Assembly (NCBI GenBank): GCA_002269645.1
Contig: NIVC01003969.1
Span: 1 to 64,000, forward strand
Direction: 5' to 3'
Length of the DNA: 64,000 nt
Source of the DNA: Macrostomum lignano
Lineage: Eukaryota
Part shown: positions 34,525 through 49,167 of the stretch, in pieces
Layout: each line of letters opens with the position of its first letter
Numbering within the stretch: the first letter of the stretch is position 1
Position numbers and translations under genes: made by a program
Notes under the pieces: generated by a model
The model's input: only the letters and a program-made list of their open reading frames with translations
The model's database searches: none
Told to the model about the DNA's origin: nothing

Positions 34525-36340
34525 GGAAATCACGTTACCAAGTAAATAAACAGAGAAAAGCTACAAAGTTTAAAAATCACGGGACCAAGTAAATGAACGG
34601 ATAAGAGTTCCAAAGTTTTAAGATCACGTGACCAAGTAAATAAACAGAGAAAAGCTCCAAAGTTTAAAAATCACGGGACCAAGTAAATAAACAGAGAAGA
34701 GTTCCAAAGTTTTAAGATCACGTGACCCAGTAAATAAACAGAGAAGAGTTCGAAAGTTTTAAAATCACGTGACCAAGTAAATAAACAGAGAAGAGTTCCA
34801 AAGTTTTAAGATCACGTGACCAAGTAAATAAACAGAGAAGAGTTCCAAAGTTTTAAGATCACGTGACCAAGTAAATAAACAGAGAAGAGTTCCAAAGTTT
34901 TAAGATCACGTGACCCAGTAAATAAACAGAGAAGAGTTCCAAAGTTTTAAGATCACGGGACCTAGTAAATAAACAGAGAAGAGTTCCAAAGTTTTAAGAT
35001 CACGTGACCAAGTAAATAAACAGAGAAAAGCTCCAAAGTTTAAAAATCACGGGACCAAGTAAATGAACAGAGAAGAGTTCCAAAGTTTTAAGATCACGTG
35101 ACCTAGTAAATAAACAGAGAAGAGTTCCAAAGTTTTAAGATCACGTGACCCAGTAAATAAACAGAGAAGAGTTCCAAAGTTTTAAAATCACGTGACCAAG
35201 TAAATAAACAGAGAAGAGTTCCAAAGTTTTAAGATCACGTGACCAAGTAAATAAACAGAGAAGAGTTCCAAAGTTTTAAGATCACGTGACCAAGTAAATA
35301 AACAGAGAAGAGTTCCAAAGTTTTAAGATCACGTGACCCAGTAAATAAACAGAGAAGAGTTCCAAAGTTTTAAGATCACGTGACCAAGTAAATAAACAGA
35401 GAAAAGCTCCAAAGTTTAAAAATCACGGGACCAAGTAAATGAACGGATAAAAGTTCCTAAGTTTTAAAATCACGTGACCGAGTAAATAGACGGAGAAAAG
35501 CTCCAAAATTTTAAAATCACGTGACCAAGTAAATAAACAGAGAAAAGCTCCAAAGTTTAAAAATCACGGGACCAAGTAAATGAACGGATAAAAGTTCCTA
35601 AGTTTTAAAATCACGTGACCGAGTAAATAGACGGAGAAAAGCTCCAAAATTTTAAAATCACGTGACCAAGTAAATAAACAGAGAAAAGCTCCAAAGTTTA
35701 AAAATCACGGGACCAAGTAAATGAACGGATAAAAGTTCCTAAGTTTTAAAATCACGTGACCGAGTAAATAGACGGAGAAAAGCTCCAAAATTTTAAAATC
35801 ACGTGACCAAGTAAATAAACAGAGAAAAGCTCCAAAGTTTAAAAATCACGGGACCAAGTAAATGAACGGATAAGAGTTCCTAAGTTTTAAGATCACGTGA
35901 CCGAGTAAATAGACGGAGAAAAGCTCCAAAGTTTCAAGATCACGTGACCCAGTAAATGAACAGAGAACCAAAATTTTAAGATCACGTGACCCAGTAAATG
36001 AACAGAAAAGAGTTCCAAAGGTGTTATATCACGTGACCCAATAAATAAACAGAGAAGATTAGATCACGTGACCCAATAAATAAACAGAGAAGAGTTCCAA
36101 AAGTTTTAAGATCACGTGACCCAGTAAATGAACAGAGAACCAAAATTTTAAGATCACGTGACCCAGTAAATGAACAGAGAAGAGTTCCAAAGGTGTTATA
36201 TCACGTGACCCAATAAATAAACAGAGAAGAGTTCCAAAAGTGTAAGATCACGTGACCCAGTAAATAAACAGAGAAGAGTTCCAAAAGTGTAAGATCACGT
36301 GACTCAGTAAATGAACAGAGAAGAGTTCCAAAAGTTTTCA
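34525..36340. repeat. 47-bp satellite carrying TCACGTGA and GTAAATAAACA motifs
   Basis: Unit GATCACGTGACCAAGTAAATAAACAGAGAAGAGTTCCAAAGTTTTAA, roughly 38 copies. Confidence 0.97.
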
Positions 36341-36859
36341 ATCATGTGACAAGACTGACGGCCTGATGGCTTGTGGATTAACTGTTGGATTAACAATCCG
36401 CGTAAAAATGTTGTGTTTTTGTCTAAGCCATTCTACACTTACCCTTGTATATGTATTGAGCCTCCACATGGTAGCACTTTTGGGACTTCGCCAGACAATT
36501 TCTCTTATTAATAATAGGTCTAGTAGGTAATACTGTGTTTTCCAGTCTTTTTTATGCGAAGGCAAGACAAAAACAGCTGTTTAAAGGAAAAGCAGAATGC
36601 ATTTAATTGCTGAGTTGGGCTAGCACACAGCATGCAGGCATGCGTCCGCACAGGGCCATTATTGCCAAAATAAACCAGCTCTCCAGGTTCGAGATGATAT
36701 GCATCTTCAAGGAAACTGATTTGCTGCTCTTCTCGGATCAGCAGGGAATTACTGTGGACTTTATCCGCTTCTTGAGAGCAGAAGCTGCTTTTAACCCCTC
36801 ACTTTGCCCCCTTGCCATAACATGCACTCTGAATTCCTTATATGGAAAAGCTGCACTTT

Positions 36860-37135
<276 letters not shown>

Positions 37136-39656
37136 GTGTTGATTTTGTTTACAACGACACGCGCTATCTTCAAGTCAAAGCACAAGCATGGGAAAGGCCT
37201 TTGCGCCATCCTACGCCAACATATTTATGTCTGCCTGGGAATCCAAAGCTTTAGAAGCTGCTCCGTTTACCCCTCGTTTCTTCAAGCGCTACATTAACGA
37301 CATTTTTATGGTTTTCGTCGGCACTGACGACGAACTAAAGGAGATGCACAGGCATCTGAATGAATTCGATAGCGACATCAGACTCACGATGCAATACAGC
37401 AGAGAGAAGATTCACTGAATTCCAGGACTGCTGTGTCAGTCTGACTGACGCAGGCAACAACAAGAAGAGACTTTTGTGCTCAATCTACTTCAAATCCATC
37501 GATTCACGCCAGCTCTTACATCCGGGATCTTTTCACCCTGAAAAGCACACTTTCAAAGGTATACTGAAATCTCAGTTCCTCCGTTACGCTCACCGTTGCT
37601 AATTTAAAGAAGACTTCGATGAGGCCAGCAGCAGCTTAACAAGCATCCTGAAGAAACAAGGATACTCTGTCTGCTTAATCAGGGATGCTAAGAAATCTGC
37701 TCTCATCCAGGTAGGCCTCTACATAGAGCACGGGAACTTTGGCCCAGTTTGTTTGATGTTGAACGAGGGTGGGAACCAGTGCTACCCGCGGATCAGCCCA
37801 GGGAAGGGCTCTGCCGCTAGAGTTAAGGGGCTAATCTACCAGGGGCATATAAGCCCGAGTAGCCCAGATTTGGACCAGGACTCAAGGCCTGGTGAGAGAG
37901 CCTTATTGAGCGCTACTCACCCAAGCCTATGAACTAAGACACCGCCAACCCAACTGTGGAATCAGGGGACGGTGCAAGGACCGAATCCACCCAAGCCACC
38001 ACCAACGACAAAACCCGAGTGTGCGCGAAAAGTTTTGGAAGTTTTTCGAAAAGCGATCCGAGAGTGGGAAAACCCAAAGTCTGCGGAAAGAATGCTTTAG
38101 ATTGGAGCGAGACTGGGCAGCTTATTGCGATGGGCGAGTCTCCTGTCAGGTAGGCCACGACCCAAATAACCACCTATAGGGCTGCCAGCCACAAGGCTTT
38201 TTCACCATCCAGCTCTAAGAGATTTTGGAATTACTTAGTAGCAGTCCGAGAGCGGAAAGACTCGAGTCTACGGGAAAAGGCTAATTTATTGGAGCGAGAC
38301 TGGGAAGCTTATTGCGATGGGAGAGTCTCCTGTCAGGTAGGCCACGACCCAAATAACCACCTATAGGGCTGCCAGCCACAAGGCTTTTTCACCATCCAGC
38401 TCTAAGAGATTTTGGAATTACTTAGTAGCAGTCCGAGAGCGGAAAGACTCGAGTCTACGGGAAAAGGCTAATTTATTGGAGCGAGACTGGGCAGCTTATT
38501 GCGATGGGAGAGTCTCCTATCAGGTAGGCAACCGCATAATCCTCCTATAGGGCTGCGAGCTTCAAGGCTTTTTCGCTATCCAGCTATCTGGGGAAAGCCG
38601 GTTTTCCCCGAGTCGGGACGAACTCATTCCCCAGGACTCCAATTCACTGTCAGAGATGAGAGCCGAGACACAAAAGCAGGGAGACAACCAGAGGAGCCAG
38701 CAGATGGACCGAGGGAGCAGGTGGAAACACTGAGGCGAGACTTTCACTCCCAATGATTGGGTGGCTCAAGTGCCAAGATAAAACCAAGGGCTAAAACATG
38801 GGGACTAAAACTGAAGGAGGATCACACAACCTCAGGGGCTCAGCCTCAGGGCTGGCATCAACTGGGCTCTACCGTAAACTTTTGTGAATGGTCGTCTTTC
38901 CTGCAGGGCGGGTGCGACCGAGGGGCTGAAGTCCCGATCTAGCCACACTGCAGTCAAGATCTCCAACTCACTCCAGGTACACCTCCCCCCCCCTAAACCA
39001 AGGCAGGGCCGAAAAATTAGAAAAGAATTCAGGGTCTATTTTTAGATGTGTACATCGCCTCCGGTGAGGGCACATTTATGATTGGGCTACCCGATAGATA
39101 GGCCAATTAGATTGCGGCACAACCCGAGAAATGCCGCCAGAAGGCAGCCAGGATAAAAACAGTCAGATACCGTCTTTACGGTCTACCGGCCAAGTTTTTT
39201 TAGGGTCGTCCAGTGCAACAAAAATGATTTACAAAATTTGTCAAAAAGTTCGCTGTAACTCCAGGAATGTGGTGTATGCCATTCTGTGCAAGACTTGCAA
39301 TGACCGCTGTATCTACGTAGGTGAGACTGGAGGCGCTCTCAAAGTCAGACTTCAGGCTCACTTGAGCGACATCAGACTGGCTAAGGACACCCCAATCTCC
39401 AGGCACTTTCGGTCACCAAACCACAGTATTCAGGACCTCCGCTTTATGGGTCTGTGGTGCCTCAGTACTGAGTGCCTGGCCACTAAAGAGGGCGCTCAAC
39501 GCAGGCGGAGGAATATGGAGCAGAAGCTCATCGCTTTACTACAGACCCAGACTCCGGCAGGCTTAAACACCGTCATCACTGAAAAAGACGCCTGCATCCC
39601 AATAGTGAATTTAATTAAAGAAATTGTAATTGTACTGTGTCTGGTTTCTTTTCGCC
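37136..39656 (+). mobile_element. Decayed Penelope-like retroelement (Neptune-type: RT fragment plus C-terminal GIY-YIG)
   Basis: RT motifs YLQVK..AMGKAFAPSYANIFM, RYINDIF and QLLHPGSFHP..SQFLRY. Endonuclease motifs [33 protein letters not shown]. Frameshifts and stops present. Confidence 0.9.
38102..38580. repeat. 187-bp tandem repeat (about 2.5 copies) in the PLE linker
   Basis: TTGGAGCGAGACTGGG starts at 38102, 38289 and 38476. Confidence 0.9.
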
Positions 39657-39990
<334 letters not shown>

Positions 39991-40589
39991 TACTGACTGC
40001 AACCAGTTTAGTAACACTTGGCCCCCACTGCAATTATCCTAAGCACGTTACAAGGCAGTAATTAACCACCCACCTTGACTCCGCTCTCGTCCCAGGACCA
40101 ACCCAAGAGCGGTGAAACAGGAGTGCGCACCACCCACCAGGATGTCCTCGCCTTTGCAATTACTGTTGTTAACTATTCGCGACCAGAGAAGCAAGCCCCA
40201 CCCTTGTCTGCTTCCGAAAGCGCTCCTGTGTCTTCCGTTTGCTAATTGCTGAGCTGGGTTTGATGTTGCGCCTGATCGACTCAGTTTTATTTTAGTCCCA
40301 AGCCCCAGTCTGCAGACTCGTGCTCTTATTCATTTTTGTAATGCCAGTTTTAGGTTTGTCTCTTTATGTAATCCGTGTCAGGTTACTTTTTACACTGGCT
40401 TGTCTCCCACTGCCAAGCTGTTTCATCTGCCTCAAATGTGCATGGCACGGCAGTAACCTTGCAGTGCACTTAAGCCGAGGAGGCTCTTGTCGGTCTGCGA
40501 ATCCCTGCCTGCCTCCTCTCTTATCTCTGTTCTCCCTCGATTGCACTTCGATCTCATTTTCTGTGGCTCCGGTTCCTTTCACGTTCTTA

Positions 40590-40928
40590 ACCATATTATC
40601 CCTCTCCCTCCCTATCTCTCTCTTTCTATCCCCCTCTCACCCTCCTTATCTCTCTCTCGCTCTCCCCTCTCACCGTTTCCCTCCTTATCTCTCTCACTCT
40701 CCCCCTCTCACCGTTTCCCTCCTTATCTCTCTCTCACTCTCCCCCTCTCACCGTTTCCCTCCTTATCTCTCTCTCGCTCTCCCCTCTCACCGTTTCCCTC
40801 CTTATCTCTCTCTCACTCTCCCCTCTCACCGTTTCCCTCCTTATCTCTCTCTCACTCTCCCCTCTCACCATTTCCCTCCTTATCTCTCTCTCTCTCTCAC
40901 TCTCCCCCTCTCACCGTTTCTCTCCTTA

Positions 40929-40962
<34 letters not shown>

Positions 40963-41290
40963 CCTCTCACCGTTTCCCTCCTTATCTCTCTCTCTCTCAC
41001 TCTCCCCCTCTCACCGTTTCCCTCCTTATCTCTCTCTCACTCTCCCCCTCTCACCGTTTCCCTCCTTATCTCTCTCTCTCTCTCTCACTCTCCCCCTCTC
41101 ACCGTTTCCCTCCTTATCTCTCTCTCTCTCACTCTCCCCCTCTCACCCTCTCCCTTTTTTCTCGCTTACTATCTTTCTCCCTCTCATTTCGCTCCCTTCT
41201 CTTTACCTCTCCGATCCCTACCTCTCTCTCGCTCTCCCTTCCTATCTCTCCCTCTCCTCTCTCTGTCATCGTCTCTGTCTCCCCCCTCTC
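40590..41290. repeat. Pyrimidine-rich minisatellite (about 39-bp unit) with (CT)n
   Basis: Tandem CTCTCTCACTCTCCCCCTCTCACCGTTTCCCTCCTTATC. Confidence 0.9.
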
Positions 41291-41599
41291 CTTGTCTTGA
41301 AGTGAATATCTAGAAAACAAAACATCTAAAAACAAATATTTTCCCTCTAAGTATCATAGGAGCGTAGAAGTATCTTAGACATATCTTTTCACTTTCCCCT
41401 TGTACTTCTCACAGACAGGTAAGCTCTGTCGGCAGCCACAACTATGGCCTGAATTTTATATCAATAAGTTTTGTATTTTTTCGCGTCATAAATATTAATT
41501 TCCTATCGAAATTTCAGGTTTTACAGACAAGCAACGACAAAAAAGCTGAATTTCAGCATCGAGATATTTTTACACAAAAGCTGAAGATGTCTCTCTACC

Positions 41600-42800
41600 T
41601 GTCCCTGTCTATCTGCCTCTTCCTCTGTCTCCCTACCTCTCCTGTGTCTCTACCTCTCCCCTGCCTCTCTACCTCTCCCCTGTCTCTACCTCTCCCCTGT
41701 CTATCTACCTCTCCCCTGTATCTCTACCTCTCGCCTGTCTATCTACCTCTCGCCTGTCTATCTACCTCTCCCCTGTCTATCTACCTCTCACCTGTCTATC
41801 TACCTCTCCCCTGTCTATCTACCTCTCCCCTGTCTATCTACCTCTCCCCTGTCTATCTACCTCTCCCCTGTCTATCTACCTCTCCCCTGTCTATCTACCT
41901 CTCCCCTGTCTATCTACCTCTCCCCTGTCTATCTACCTCTCCCCTGTCTATCTACCTCTCCCCTGTATCTCTACCTCTCCCCTGTCTATCTACCTCTCCC
42001 CTGTCTATCTACCTCTCCCCTGTCTATCTACCTCTCCCCTGTCTATCTACCTCTCCCCTGTCTATCTACCTCTCCCCTGTCTATCTACCTCTCCCCTGTC
42101 TATCTACCTCTCCCCTGTCTATCTACCTCTCCCCTGTCTATCTACCTCTCCCCTGTCTATCTACCTCTCCCCTGTCTATCTACCTCTCCCCTGTCTATCT
42201 ACCTCTCCCCTGTCTCCCTACCTCTCCCCTGTATCTCTACCTCTCCCCTGTCTATCTACCTCTCCCCTGTCTATCTACCTCTCCCCTGTCTATCTACCTC
42301 TCCCCTGTCTATCTACCTCTCCCCTGTCTATCTACCTCTCCCCTGTCTATCTACCTCTCCCCTGTCTATCTACCTCTCCCCTGTCTATCTACCTCTCCCC
42401 TGTCTATCTACCTCTCGCCTGTATCTCTACCTCTCCCCTGTCTATCTACCTCTCCCCTGTCTCCCTACCTCTCCTGTGTCTCTACCTCTCCCCTGTATCT
42501 CTACCTTTCCCCTGTCTATCTACCTCTCCTCTGTCTCTCTACCTCTCCTTTTTCTCTCTACCTCTCCTCTGTCTCTCTACCCCTCCCCTGTCAATCTACA
42601 TCTCCCCTGTCTATCTACCTCTCCTCTGTCTATCTACCTCTCCCCTGTCTATCTACTTCTCCCTTGTCTCTCTACCTCTACCCTGTCTCTCTACCTCTCC
42701 CCTGTCTCTCTACCTCTCCCCTGTCTCCCTACCTCTCCCCTGTCTCTCTACCTCTCCCCTGTCTCTCTACCTCTCCCCTGTCTCTCTACCTCTTCCTGTA
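41600..42800. repeat. 19-bp pyrimidine-rich minisatellite (CTACCTCTCCCCTGTCTAT)
   Basis: Read directly. Confidence 0.95.
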
Positions 42801-43111
42801 TCTCTACATCTCCATCGTCTCCCTACCTCTTTGTATCCCTCCCCACTGTTAACCGTCCCAATATTCCTTCCCTGTACTTCCCACCTGACATGAGCCTCTG
42901 AATCTGCAGCGACAAGCCGAGAGTTGCAAAAAAGTCTTTGATCAACCCAAGCTGCATTCAATTCCAATAATTAGGAATGTCCTAAGAAATATGCCTTTTA
43001 ATCGTATTGATCCGTGAGAACTAGCCGCTTCAGTAGTCCCGATCAAAGTTTTATTAGTGCAACTGAAAAATAGAGTGCATTTCGCTAAGGAAAAAAACCG
43101 ATTGGGGGACA

Positions 43112-44385
<1,274 letters not shown>

Positions 44386-45990
44386 ACCGAGCTGACTAAA
44401 TGACTATTGGATTAAAACTAGGATAAGTAGCTCGTAATCAATGTACTATATTTAAACTTATTACAATTTTGTTATAATGAGTAGCAAATTCAAAGCTTTC
44501 TTGCACACGCAACTTAGAAAAGCAGACTAGTAACTTGACAAAAATAGAATTTCTGGACAGAAGTTAATTGCAAAAGCTGATAGCAACGCACACAATCATG
44601 ATAGGACAAGAAATCTTCGCAGTGGCAATAGCAAATTAACTGTGACACAATACGCCTTAGAGCAGTGGGTTATGTTAAGAAAGTAAAATCAATCATATTA
44701 TCAAGCATCAAGCTTGCAATATTTCCTATCCAAATTAAGCATTTGAAAAGAGGTCAAACAGACTGCTTTTTTGTGATAAAAATCGTTTTAAATTGGTACT
44801 TCTGAATGGTTGATTTGTTTAACAATGCACCCTGTGATTACGCAATCGCGCATGTACGAGTACTTTTTCAATTATAAAAACATTCTGTGATCCAATTGAA
44901 CTGAGCGCTAAATAGAAAAATGTGGGAGTACACACAAAATACTAAAAATCATTGGAAAAAATAACAGCATAGAGTTACTTCTAAAGTAAAAATTGAAAAA
45001 AACGTGTACAGAATAAGTTCATTACAAATTTCGATGTATTTTTAATATAACAATCAATATCGTATACTACATCATGGATAGGTGAAGCAAAAGGACGCCA
45101 TACTCGCAAAAGTTGTTTACAAAGAAAACAAAATAATTTGCCAAAATTTTGAACTTTTTTTGCTCTTCAGTAATATTTTTTTCAAACTATATTTGAATTT
45201 CGGTAGTCCAGAATTTAGCGCTGAAATATCTTACTAATGCAGTTTTTGTAGCGGAAAAAGGCGCGTCTGGACTGCAGCAAAGTTTGCACGATTTATGAGT
45301 TTATAGCGTCCTTTTACTACAACTGGGCCTGCGTCCTTACTGACAAGCAGGGCATGAAAACGAAAAGTCCGAACCTCTGGTAAATTAGACGTCTTTAGTT
45401 CGAATTCGCGGGCTTTGCTTTCCCATCTGAGTCCCGACGGCGACATGTGGCTCTTGTGTCCAACTGGGAGCTGCAGAATTGAGTTGGTTGGGTTTCGGGA
45501 AGCTCCATACGGACGCTGAGGTAAGTGAGGCTACAGAGGGTCTTCAGATAATGCTTCGAATAGCTAACTTTTCTTTAGTGCCCATCAGAATCTTAATAAA
45601 AAAATCTAAAAAGCTCAGCTAAAAATAGATCGACCTTTGATGGTTTGCGTCTGAGCGGGTTTCAAAGTCGGGTTTAACAATTTGCAAGTCGATGGGTTCC
45701 TTTGTACTGAGTCGATTTGAAATTGCATCCGATCATTGGCATTCTACGCTCGTAATTAAATGGTTATTTGAATAATTTTTTTAAAATAGAATATATTAAT
45801 CCAAGCATTAGATTCCCTGTTTATCGATCTGTTGTGAATTCAGTAACAAATACTTGGCTCATAACCGCTTGTCTTTCTGTCTGCCAATTGACAGCTTCAC
45901 TCGGGCTCAGATTTCTCAGCAATCTACTTGAAATTAATTTTAGCGACAAGCCTTACCTTAGCGGAATTAAACACCTGATGGGAACTATGC

Positions 45991-48900
45991 CTAGCGCGAC
46001 TCGTCAGCTGAGTAGCGGACCAGACAGAACACAATGTCCGATGCCAGCATGGGGAAGTCGGGCGCTGGGTTAGTGATGACGTACCGGGCGATGAGAGCCT
46101 GCTCGCCCTCCTCTGGCGGGGTGATGAAGCGGTACAGGCCGATGCACAGAATCCCGTGCCGGTGCAGAGCGCCCAAGAACAGCTTGGAGAAGTCGCCCTG
46201 GCTGTACTGGCGGAGTCGCTCGTCGCTGACTGGCAGCTGGGCGACACGAGCTCGATCTCGCCTGCGCAGCGTTTCCGGACTGCAGAAGCCGCCTCGGATG
46301 CCGGCACCCTCGGCGAGAATCTGCTCCAGCTCAGGAGTGGCGCCGCCGGTCACCAGAGTCCGGATGAGGGTCAGCGCGTTCTCGTTGAAATACGCGGTGC
46401 TCATCAGGGAGTCCAGCACACTCACAGCAAACGAGGTGCCGCAGGCGAACGGCTGCGTCATGTAAAGCTCTGTGTCCGGATCGTCATCGTCGTCCTGCTC
46501 CAGGAATTGGACGTTTGCATCGACCGCCAACTCGGTGAGGATGCAAATGTTGTTGAGACGATTCGAGCCCGAGCCCTGTTCGACAGGCGGCGTGTCGAAG
46601 GCCATGGCCTTGATGTTCAGGGAGCACAAGATCGCCTCCTTGTCGACAAGAGTTGCATCGTCGCCCATTCCAGAGTTCTGCTTAGAGCTGAGCACGACGC
46701 ACATTTGAGCAAGGTTGATGTTCACCGCTCTAAGGTTGGAACGGTTTAGCGGGGAGCCCGGAAAGAAGCTCAGCTTGGGAAAGTTTATCAAGGTCTTCCA
46801 CTCGCGCCTCAGGTACTCCATGTTGCCGACAAATATGATGTGACGCAGCTCGCTATAATGAAAGTTGCTGGCCCTCAGAGGCATCACGAAGCTTCTGAGG
46901 CCAATTAAAGGACTTGATGAGTCTGCGAACACGCACACAACGATATGGTTGCTGAAAACTGTTAAATTCACCTGCTCCCGGCTCAGTACTAGCTCTTCAA
47001 ATGAGGTCTCTTGGCACCAGTGGAACATGCCTGTCGAGTCGAACCGTCGCTCGGACTGCTGCCCGAGTATTTTGGCTTCGTTAGGAGACAGAAGTGACGG
47101 TCTGCGGCTGCCGGCGTTGAGTTCGGTGCTCGCTGGAGCTGAGGTGCCGCCGACGCCGCTGCTGCTGGCGCTGCCGCCGTTTCCGCTGGGGTTTCCACTG
47201 CCACCATTGCCAGCCGGTGTTGTTGTCAGGTTCGCCGAGCTGTCCTTGCTGTGCCGATTGCGAATCACAGTCTTGCCGGCCGAATGCTTCGGGTTGCTCT
47301 GCCTGCAGCGGCATCGCTTCACCAGCTCTGGGTCTGCAACGTCGCTGTGGCATCGGCTGCAGTAGAAGTAGGCCTTCTTCACCTCTTCGGCCGACTGGGC
47401 AACGAAGAACCCCTGAGTGCCTGCCTCTACTTTGATGCCCTCCTTCGGGTTGATGGCGATGCCAGTCTCGCCTTCAATGGCAATCAACAGGAGGTGCAGC
47501 TTGCTGAAGCAAACCTCCGCTGCCGCAGGGAAACTCAGACCATCAAAAGCTGGCGATAGAAACTCGGTGTACATTTCCATGCCCGCCCCCTGCAAATAGT
47601 TGTTGAGCCATCTGGGGATGCTTTTCCCTTCACGGTAGCTGCGCATGGTAAACAGATTCGCCAACAGGGTGGAGAAGCCGAACGCCATGCAGCTCTGAGC
47701 CAGGAAGCCTAGCTTCAGCTCGGCGACGCAGACGGCATCGTCGCCTTGCTTCCAGTCCCAGCTGGGGATGTTGAGCAGGTAGGTCTTGTTGTGGTACTGC
47801 ATCAGCTGGATGATCACCTTGATGCGCTCGCAGAAGTTTTTAATTGAGATGACGCGCATGATGTTGGCGGCATCCTCGGCATCCGGGTCGGGGCAGTACT
47901 TGTTGGCCAGCACCAGACAGGCATCTGCAGACTCCAGGCCCACCCTGGCCAGGTCCCTCGTGTTCATCACGGAACCCTGAAAGAATTGAACCTGCGTGAA
48001 ATGTCGCTTCAACAGGCCTTGCATCTCCAGGTCGGGTACGTGCTTGTCCAGCACCACAATCTGAACGTCGACATCCTCGCGATCCTCGTGCAGAAAATCG
48101 CCAAGAAAGTTGGCCACCGATTCGAAGGTGATGTGGCCGCACAGCACGATGTGCTGTTTGCCTGCCTCCTTGCGAAAGTGGCCGCCGTACTTGTTGCGCG
48201 AGCTGAGGATGTCCGCAATCTCGGGGATAGAGTTAGCGAACACGGCCAGGCCGCCCATGATGACCAGCGCGGAGCCGATTTTGCCCGAGATCGTGGTGCA
48301 ATAAACGTCTCCGTAGCCAACGGTTGACATTGTGACAATGACAAAGTAGATGCAGGTGAAGTAGTTCATGTCGTATAAGGTATTTTTGTTGGTAAAATTT
48401 GGCGGATCGCCAGAGTTTTCGACCAGGTGGATGAGACCTGCCGCGGTCAGGACCAGAGAAGCAAAGAAAGTGATCAGCTGTAGCAGCCGAATCCCTGTGC
48501 TGGTTCTTAGAATGTTTAAGTATTGAAGCACGTCCGGCAGGCTGAGAATTCTCAAGGCCCTGGTGGACCTGAGGCCGATCCAGTTCTGGTCAAGATAGAC
48601 GGCAACAAATGACGGAGGAATGGTTAGAATATCCACTATGCTGTACATTTCAAACCAAAACCACAGTTTGTCCTGGGCGGCTATAAACCGAACAAAAAAG
48701 TACACCAGAAAAATGACATTAAATGCCAGGTCCACCTGCTGCGTGACGCTTTCGGACCAGGCGACGCACTCCTCCGTGTTTTTCATTCGGACGGTGTCAA
48801 TTTGGTACACAACAAGAGACGCCATGCTCACGATGAACACCAGAACTACCAGGATCCTACCCGTAGACGTCTGACCCGAGATGAGCTCGCCAGCCCAGTC

Positions 48901-49167
48901 CTTGGCTTCAGTGAGCCAGCTGATCTCTATCTGCTCCGACTCCTCCTCCGGAGGCTCCTCGTCCTCGTCAGTCTCCGGAGCGTAGCTTCGCTGCCCGCTG
49001 CCGATCCCAGAGCGGTGGCGCTGAATTAGGCGGCCGATGAACCGGCTCAGGAGGACAGTCAGAATGCCGCCTACCAGGGCGATCGCGCTGGACGCCAGAA
49101 AGATGTGCCACTTCCGGTGCTCAACGCAAGCAAGTTCCGGTGATGAAGAGGCATTGCTGCTAGACAT
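45991..49167 (-). CDS. KCNMA1: Slo1/BK calcium-activated potassium channel alpha subunit, single exon, 1058 aa
   Basis: S0 (FLASS), [14 protein letters not shown], pore TVGYGD, RCK1 ([12 protein letters not shown]), heme motif CSRCH, calcium bowl [12 protein letters not shown]. Confidence 0.97.
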   Translation of the reverse strand: MSSSNASSSPELACVEHRKWHIFLASSAIALVGGILTVLLSRFIGRLIQRHRSGIGSGQRSYAPETDEDEEPPEEESEQIEISWLTEAKDWAGELISGQTSTGRILVVLVFIVSMASLVVYQIDTVRMKNTEECVAWSESVTQQVDLAFNVIFLVYFFVRFIAAQDKLWFWFEMYSIVDILTIPPSFVAVYLDQNWIGLRSTRALRILSLPDVLQYLNILRTSTGIRLLQLITFFASLVLTAAGLIHLVENSGDPPNFTNKNTLYDMNYFTCIYFVIVTMSTVGYGDVYCTTISGKIGSALVIMGGLAVFANSIPEIADILSSRNKYGGHFRKEAGKQHIVLCGHITFESVANFLGDFLHEDREDVDVQIVVLDKHVPDLEMQGLLKRHFTQVQFFQGSVMNTRDLARVGLESADACLVLANKYCPDPDAEDAANIMRVISIKNFCERIKVIIQLMQYHNKTYLLNIPSWDWKQGDDAVCVAELKLGFLAQSCMAFGFSTLLANLFTMRSYREGKSIPRWLNNYLQGAGMEMYTEFLSPAFDGLSFPAAAEVCFSKLHLLLIAIEGETGIAINPKEGIKVEAGTQGFFVAQSAEEVKKAYFYCSRCHSDVADPELVKRCRCRQSNPKHSAGKTVIRNRHSKDSSANLTTTPAGNGGSGNPSGNGGSASSSGVGGTSAPASTELNAGSRRPSLLSPNEAKILGQQSERRFDSTGMFHWCQETSFEELVLSREQVNLTVFSNHIVVCVFADSSSPLIGLRSFVMPLRASNFHYSELRHIIFVGNMEYLRREWKTLINFPKLSFFPGSPLNRSNLRAVNINLAQMCVVLSSKQNSGMGDDATLVDKEAILCSLNIKAMAFDTPPVEQGSGSNRLNNICILTELAVDANVQFLEQDDDDDPDTELYMTQPFACGTSFAVSVLDSLMSTAYFNENALTLIRTLVTGGATPELEQILAEGAGIRGGFCSPETLRRRDRARVAQLPVSDERLRQYSQGDFSKLFLGALHRHGILCIGLYRFITPPEEGEQALIARYVITNPAPDFPMLASDIVFCLVRYSADESR

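Noticed and set aside
13630-36340. Regular repeat arrays as CRISPR
   Set aside because: Units are head-to-tail without unique spacers, there are no cas genes, and the context is eukaryotic.
45400-45530. Strong GAG|GTAAGT donor near 45521 suggesting an antisense exon at the Slo1 3' end
   Set aside because: No acceptor, ORF or other support; a single donor motif is common by chance.
46034-49029. Many plus-strand ORFs opposite Slo1, and similar ones opposite other genes
   Set aside because: They are antisense shadows of GC-rich coding sequence.
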